A DNA stretch of 64,000 nt, from the NCBI GenBank assembly GCA_965261545.1, contig CBDHDF010000011.1, positions 736,001-800,000 on the forward strand, written 5' to 3'. Numbering within the stretch: the first letter of the stretch is position 1; every line of letters starts with the position of its first letter. The position numbers and the translations under genes are program-made. The notes beneath the pieces were generated by a model, which was given only the letters and a program-made list of their open reading frames with translations, had not been told where the DNA came from and ran no database searches. This document shows, piece by piece, positions 60,189 to 64,000 of the stretch. This DNA comes from Bdellovibrionales bacterium. Lineage in GTDB: Bacteria > Bdellovibrionota > Bdellovibrionia > Bdellovibrionales > UBA1609.

Positions 60189-62233
60189 TGGATGTGTCAT
60201 GAATATTTTGATATTCGTGCTTTTGGCGGAGTCCTCTCTACAGGCAATGCCGTTTCCTTAAGAAAAATCTCTTGAAATCATTAGATAAATCGACAAGAAT
60301 AAGACTTGTTTTATTTTACACCCAACCCTCAACCAAGGAGTAAGTCACATGCAATCCAATATTGATCTCGAAAGCCCCCAAATGACGAGTTCGCGTCACA
60401 GATGACCATTTTATTCTACCAAAACTTGATTCTTCCTTCAAGCCAGAGCACCTTGTCGATCCAGAAAAACAAAAAAGGAATCGAAAATTTAATCCTCAAA
60501 TTTTCTTTTTTACCATTATCTATCTTATTTCCGGAACAAATTACGAAGGCTACCAAATCGCTCTTAAGACGGTATGGACTCATTTTGGTGACCTGCTTCT
60601 CATGCCAGTCAAAAGCAGTCTCAGCAAGATACGTCAAAGTATTTCTTACCTATTTTTCAAAGATATCTTTGAATCTCTGATTACAGACTACGAACCATTG
60701 AGAAAAACGTTTCATGGTTTTTATATCTATGCCATAGATGGCGACCAATTAGCACTTCCTCGCTCTAAAGATCTTTTAAAGGAGGGTTATTGTGGGTACC
60801 CTTGCCCAAATGAGATGGAAACTCATTTCTTACGTATGTATCTATCTCATGCTTATGACGTTTTATCGGGTGTGACAAAGAATCTTTGCTTTTCTCCCGC
60901 TCTCAACGAAATCGCCAATGCTATTCAAATGATAGGTAGTTTTGAGAGTAATAGCATAACTCTCTACGATAGGCTTTATTTATCTACAGAGATTATTAAG
61001 GCCCATGCTCAAGCCAGTAACTTCTTTATTGCGCGTTGTAAGCGAGGCTCTACTTTTATCCCCATCGTAAATTTATTTAATGGCCCAGGTTGGTATTCAC
61101 AAATGGTTATTGAGGGGGTGGTCATTCATCTCTATAAGTATAAAAACCCAAAGACTGGGGAGTTCTCTGTTTTGGCCACTAATCTTCCGCATGGCTCCTT
61201 GGACAAGAAGGATATGGTTGCTCTTTACTCTCGTCGTTGGGAAATAGAAACGACATTTCGTGATTTTACATCGACAATGAAAATGGAGCAGTGGCACTCA
61301 ACAAGCCTTAATGGAATATTGCAAGAGCTGTATTCTTATTTTTGGCTCTTCAATTATACAAAGATTCAAATGAGCATAAATGAGGATGAAGACAGTGTGA
61401 ATCAGTTGGTGAAAAATGACTACAAAAAACCTAACTTTAAACTGATTCTTGATTTCATAATGGATAGCATCCCTCTTTTTGTTGCGGGGCTCTATCAGAA
61501 ATTTAGGAAGCAGATAAAGTTGCTGATGAAGATTTCAATGGAGAAGAGGAGGCACTTCAAAAGAAGCTATGAAAGGTCTATCAAAAGGGCTGGGAGTTCT
61601 TTTAAAAGAAATAGCTTAACGCAGAGGCAGAGGGGTGTGGTGGCTTAAGGAAACGGCATTGTCTCTACAGGTAATCACATGAAAGGATCTTCTTGGGGAC
61701 AAGTACGAGGGCCGGTACAATTTACTTTTGCTCAATCATACCACCGCATTACACCATTGGAGATTTCCATAACTCGTTGCGCCGTGACTAAAGAAGACGA
61801 TATTAAAAAAGAACGAACTATGGGTAACAAACACATTATACCTTACGCCCTTTACTCGTCTAAGGTTTATGTATCTCCTGGATTTGCTGAGCGCACCGAA
61901 TTTACAAATTCTGATTTTGATATCCTCTTAGGTGCAATCAAGAATATGTTTGAGCATGACCGTTCAGCTGCTCGTGGTGAAATGATAGTGCGTGATATAT
62001 ATGATTTTAAACATATTGGCACTCAGCATAAAAATAACATCGAACAAAATAAGCGTGAAGCTCGCCTCGGATGTGCCCATGCTCACAAGCTCTTTGAGGA
62101 AGTCAAAGTAGAGTTAAAGGATGGTGTAGATTCTCCTCAATCTTTTTCTGATTATAAAATTAAATGCGACTGGAATAATAAAGATCCCAAATACGAAGGC
62201 GTGAAATTACAGACAATTAAAGACATAAAATGA
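60189..62233 (+). pseudogene. cas7c: Cas7/Csd2 (type I-C), 5'-deleted and split by IS4 element A
   Basis: WMCHEYFDIRAFGGV before the IS; GQVRGPVQF, ITRCAVT, TMG.K and FEHDRSAARG after it. Confidence 0.92.
60245..61661 (+). mobile_element. IS4 element A, copy 4 (ORF 60602-61648)
   Basis: IRs as copy 1; TSD TCTCTACAGG. Confidence 0.95.
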
Positions 62234-62889
62234 ATGATAAAACAAATTTTCTGCTCACTCCTCCACTTGATAGCGGCGAGAGTATTATACCTCTCTCCTC
62301 TATTAACCAATTTCTTTATTGTTCTCGTCGGGCAGGACTTATGTATGTGGAAGGCGTCTTTACTGATAATGAGCATACAGTTCTTGGCCGCCAGCTTCAT
62401 AAGGAAGTCGATACTTCTGGCTATGCAACCATTAAAGGCGTGACTTTACTTCGTGCTTTGCCTGTTTGGTCTGGTCAATTTGGGCTTAGTGGCAAGTGCG
62501 ATATTGTCGAACGCCATCCTGATGGTACATTATTTCCTGTCGAGTTCAAAAAAGGTCGACGCCGGAAGTTCGGTAACGATGATGCCCAACTTTGCGCTCA
62601 GGCCATTTGCCTTGAAGAAATGTTTGGTCGAAGTATTCACCGAGGTGCTATTTTTTATTTTAAAACCAAGCGTCGCCGGGAAGTAGAATTTACCGAGGAA
62701 TTACGCTGTCTCACCAAACAGGTGATCAGAGATATGCACCAACTGCTATTAGAGAAAGTTATGCCACGGGCCGTGCATAAACCTCAGTGTTCGGAGTGCT
62801 CGCTTTTTGGAAGTTGCATGCCTGAAGTCACAAGTATTCCGCCCGCACTAGCTAAAGCTAGTCAGGCAGTATTTGATACAGATGATTAA
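62230..62889 (+). CDS. cas4: Cas4 exonuclease
   Basis: YCSRR, GKCDIVE, PVEFKKG, QLCAQAICLEEM and C..CSL...C motifs. Confidence 0.95.
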   Translation: MNDKTNFLLTPPLDSGESIIPLSSINQFLYCSRRAGLMYVEGVFTDNEHTVLGRQLHKEVDTSGYATIKGVTLLRALPVWSGQFGLSGKCDIVERHPDGTLFPVEFKKGRRRKFGNDDAQLCAQAICLEEMFGRSIHRGAIFYFKTKRRREVEFTEELRCLTKQVIRDMHQLLLEKVMPRAVHKPQCSECSLFGSCMPEVTSIPPALAKASQAVFDTDD

Positions 62890-62927
62890 TACTTTTGTTA
62901 ACTGTTAAAGGAGGTCAAACAATCACT

Positions 62928-63998
62928 ATGGCTATTATTCAAAATACCCTTTATTTGACAACACCAGGGGCCGCAGTTGTTAAGGATCATTTAACACTTC
63001 GGGTTGAAATTGAGAAAGAAACTCGCCTAATTGTACCCATTCATCACTTAGAAAGCATCTGTGCATTTGGGCGAGTTGTAGTGACACCTCCAGCTATGTC
63101 TTTGTGCTGGGATCATCAGGTAGCTATACATTACCATACAGAGAACGGCTACCTCTTGGCACAAGTATTGGGGAGCGGAGATACACGCTACTTGTTACGT
63201 CGGGCTCAATACTCCACAGCAGATAGTCCAAAGGGTGCTGCCCACATAGCTCGCCAGTTTGTTGCTGGAAAGCTACAAAATTCACGATCCAATGTATTAA
63301 GGGCAAAAAGGGAAGCTGATGATAATGCAGATTATAAACAACTCGCAAAAGCTGCTGATGAACTTGCTCAGATTATCCGCCGCCTTAGTCATCATCAACT
63401 CACTGACAAGGGTTGTTCACTCCGGGAGATGCTTGATCCAATTCGAGGGTTAGAAGGATTGGGTGCCAAAATTTATTTTTCAGTACTTCAATACATGCTC
63501 AAACAACAGCGTGAAGACTTTCGATTTGTAACCCGTACTCGGCGCCCACCTCAGGACCGAATCAATTGTCTACTTTCCTTCATTTATGCTCTAGTTCGCC
63601 ATGATTGTTTGGCTGCATTAACAACCGCTGGACTGGATCCATATGTTGGTTGGCTTCATGTAACACGTGCCGGACGACCGGCTTGTGCTCTTGACTTGAT
63701 GGAAGAATTTCGACCTTGCTTAGCAGATCGTTTAGCATTAACCCTAATCAATCGCCGCCAGATCGAGCCTAAACATTTTTGTGAACGAGAGGGTGGTGCT
63801 GTAGAATTTACCGAACGAGGTAGAAAGGAGGTTATTCAAGCTTGGCAGCGGCGCAAGCAAACGGAAGTGAAACATGCTCTATTCAAAGAGTCTATTCGCT
63901 TAGGGCAGGTGTTTAGCATCCAAGCTAAGTTATTAGCAAGGAAACTACGTGGGGATATTCCTGACTATATCAGCAATTCCCGTCGAAAAATAGTTTAG
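62928..63998 (+). CDS. cas1: Type I-C Cas1
   Basis: NTLYLTT, RGLEG, RRPPQD.INCLLSFIY, GLDPYVG.LH and LDLMEEFRP..ADR motifs; AAGGAGG upstream. Confidence 0.95.
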   Translation: MAIIQNTLYLTTPGAAVVKDHLTLRVEIEKETRLIVPIHHLESICAFGRVVVTPPAMSLCWDHQVAIHYHTENGYLLAQVLGSGDTRYLLRRAQYSTADSPKGAAHIARQFVAGKLQNSRSNVLRAKREADDNADYKQLAKAADELAQIIRRLSHHQLTDKGCSLREMLDPIRGLEGLGAKIYFSVLQYMLKQQREDFRFVTRTRRPPQDRINCLLSFIYALVRHDCLAALTTAGLDPYVGWLHVTRAGRPACALDLMEEFRPCLADRLALTLINRRQIEPKHFCEREGGAVEFTERGRKEVIQAWQRRKQTEVKHALFKESIRLGQVFSIQAKLLARKLRGDIPDYISNSRRKIV

Positions 63999-64000
63999 GC

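Overview
This is an IS-saturated defence region of a bacterial chromosome. A short housekeeping block (RpoH-type sigma factor, galU, metallophosphoesterase; 43.6-48.6 kb) looks Bdellovibrionota/deltaproteobacterial, which is an inference only. Two CRISPR-Cas loci are present and both are damaged. (1) A minus-strand type III-B locus reads cas2, array, csx1 with an extra CARF domain, cmr1, cas10/cmr2, cmr3, cmr4, cmr5, cmr6. It has 36-bp type I-G-like repeats, an in-frame stop in cmr1, IS insertions in cmr3 and cmr5, and only the apparent last codons of cas1. (2) A plus-strand type I-C locus reads cas3, cas5, cas8c, cas7, cas4, cas1, with most of cas8c and the start of cas7 deleted at an IS256. 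AbiEi with an amputated AbiEii and an Rpn nuclease with a partial tandem duplicate lie between them. About 60% of the window is mobile DNA, often nested: three kinds of IS4, IS21 x3, ISNCY x2, IS256 x3, IS110/IS1111, IS1634, IS66, and two identical ORF-less group II introns. The most notable observations are: a ~95-nt covarying hairpin carrying DnaA-box sequences, shared downstream of unrelated IS21 and IS110 transposase genes; an IS1111-type element with an ~860-nt non-coding end that breaks a CRISPR repeat and sits at a duplication of the array trailer; ORF-less introns inserted in transposase genes; a Csx1 with a second CARF domain; and IS4 elements carrying a DUF4338 fusion or a SEC-C passenger gene.
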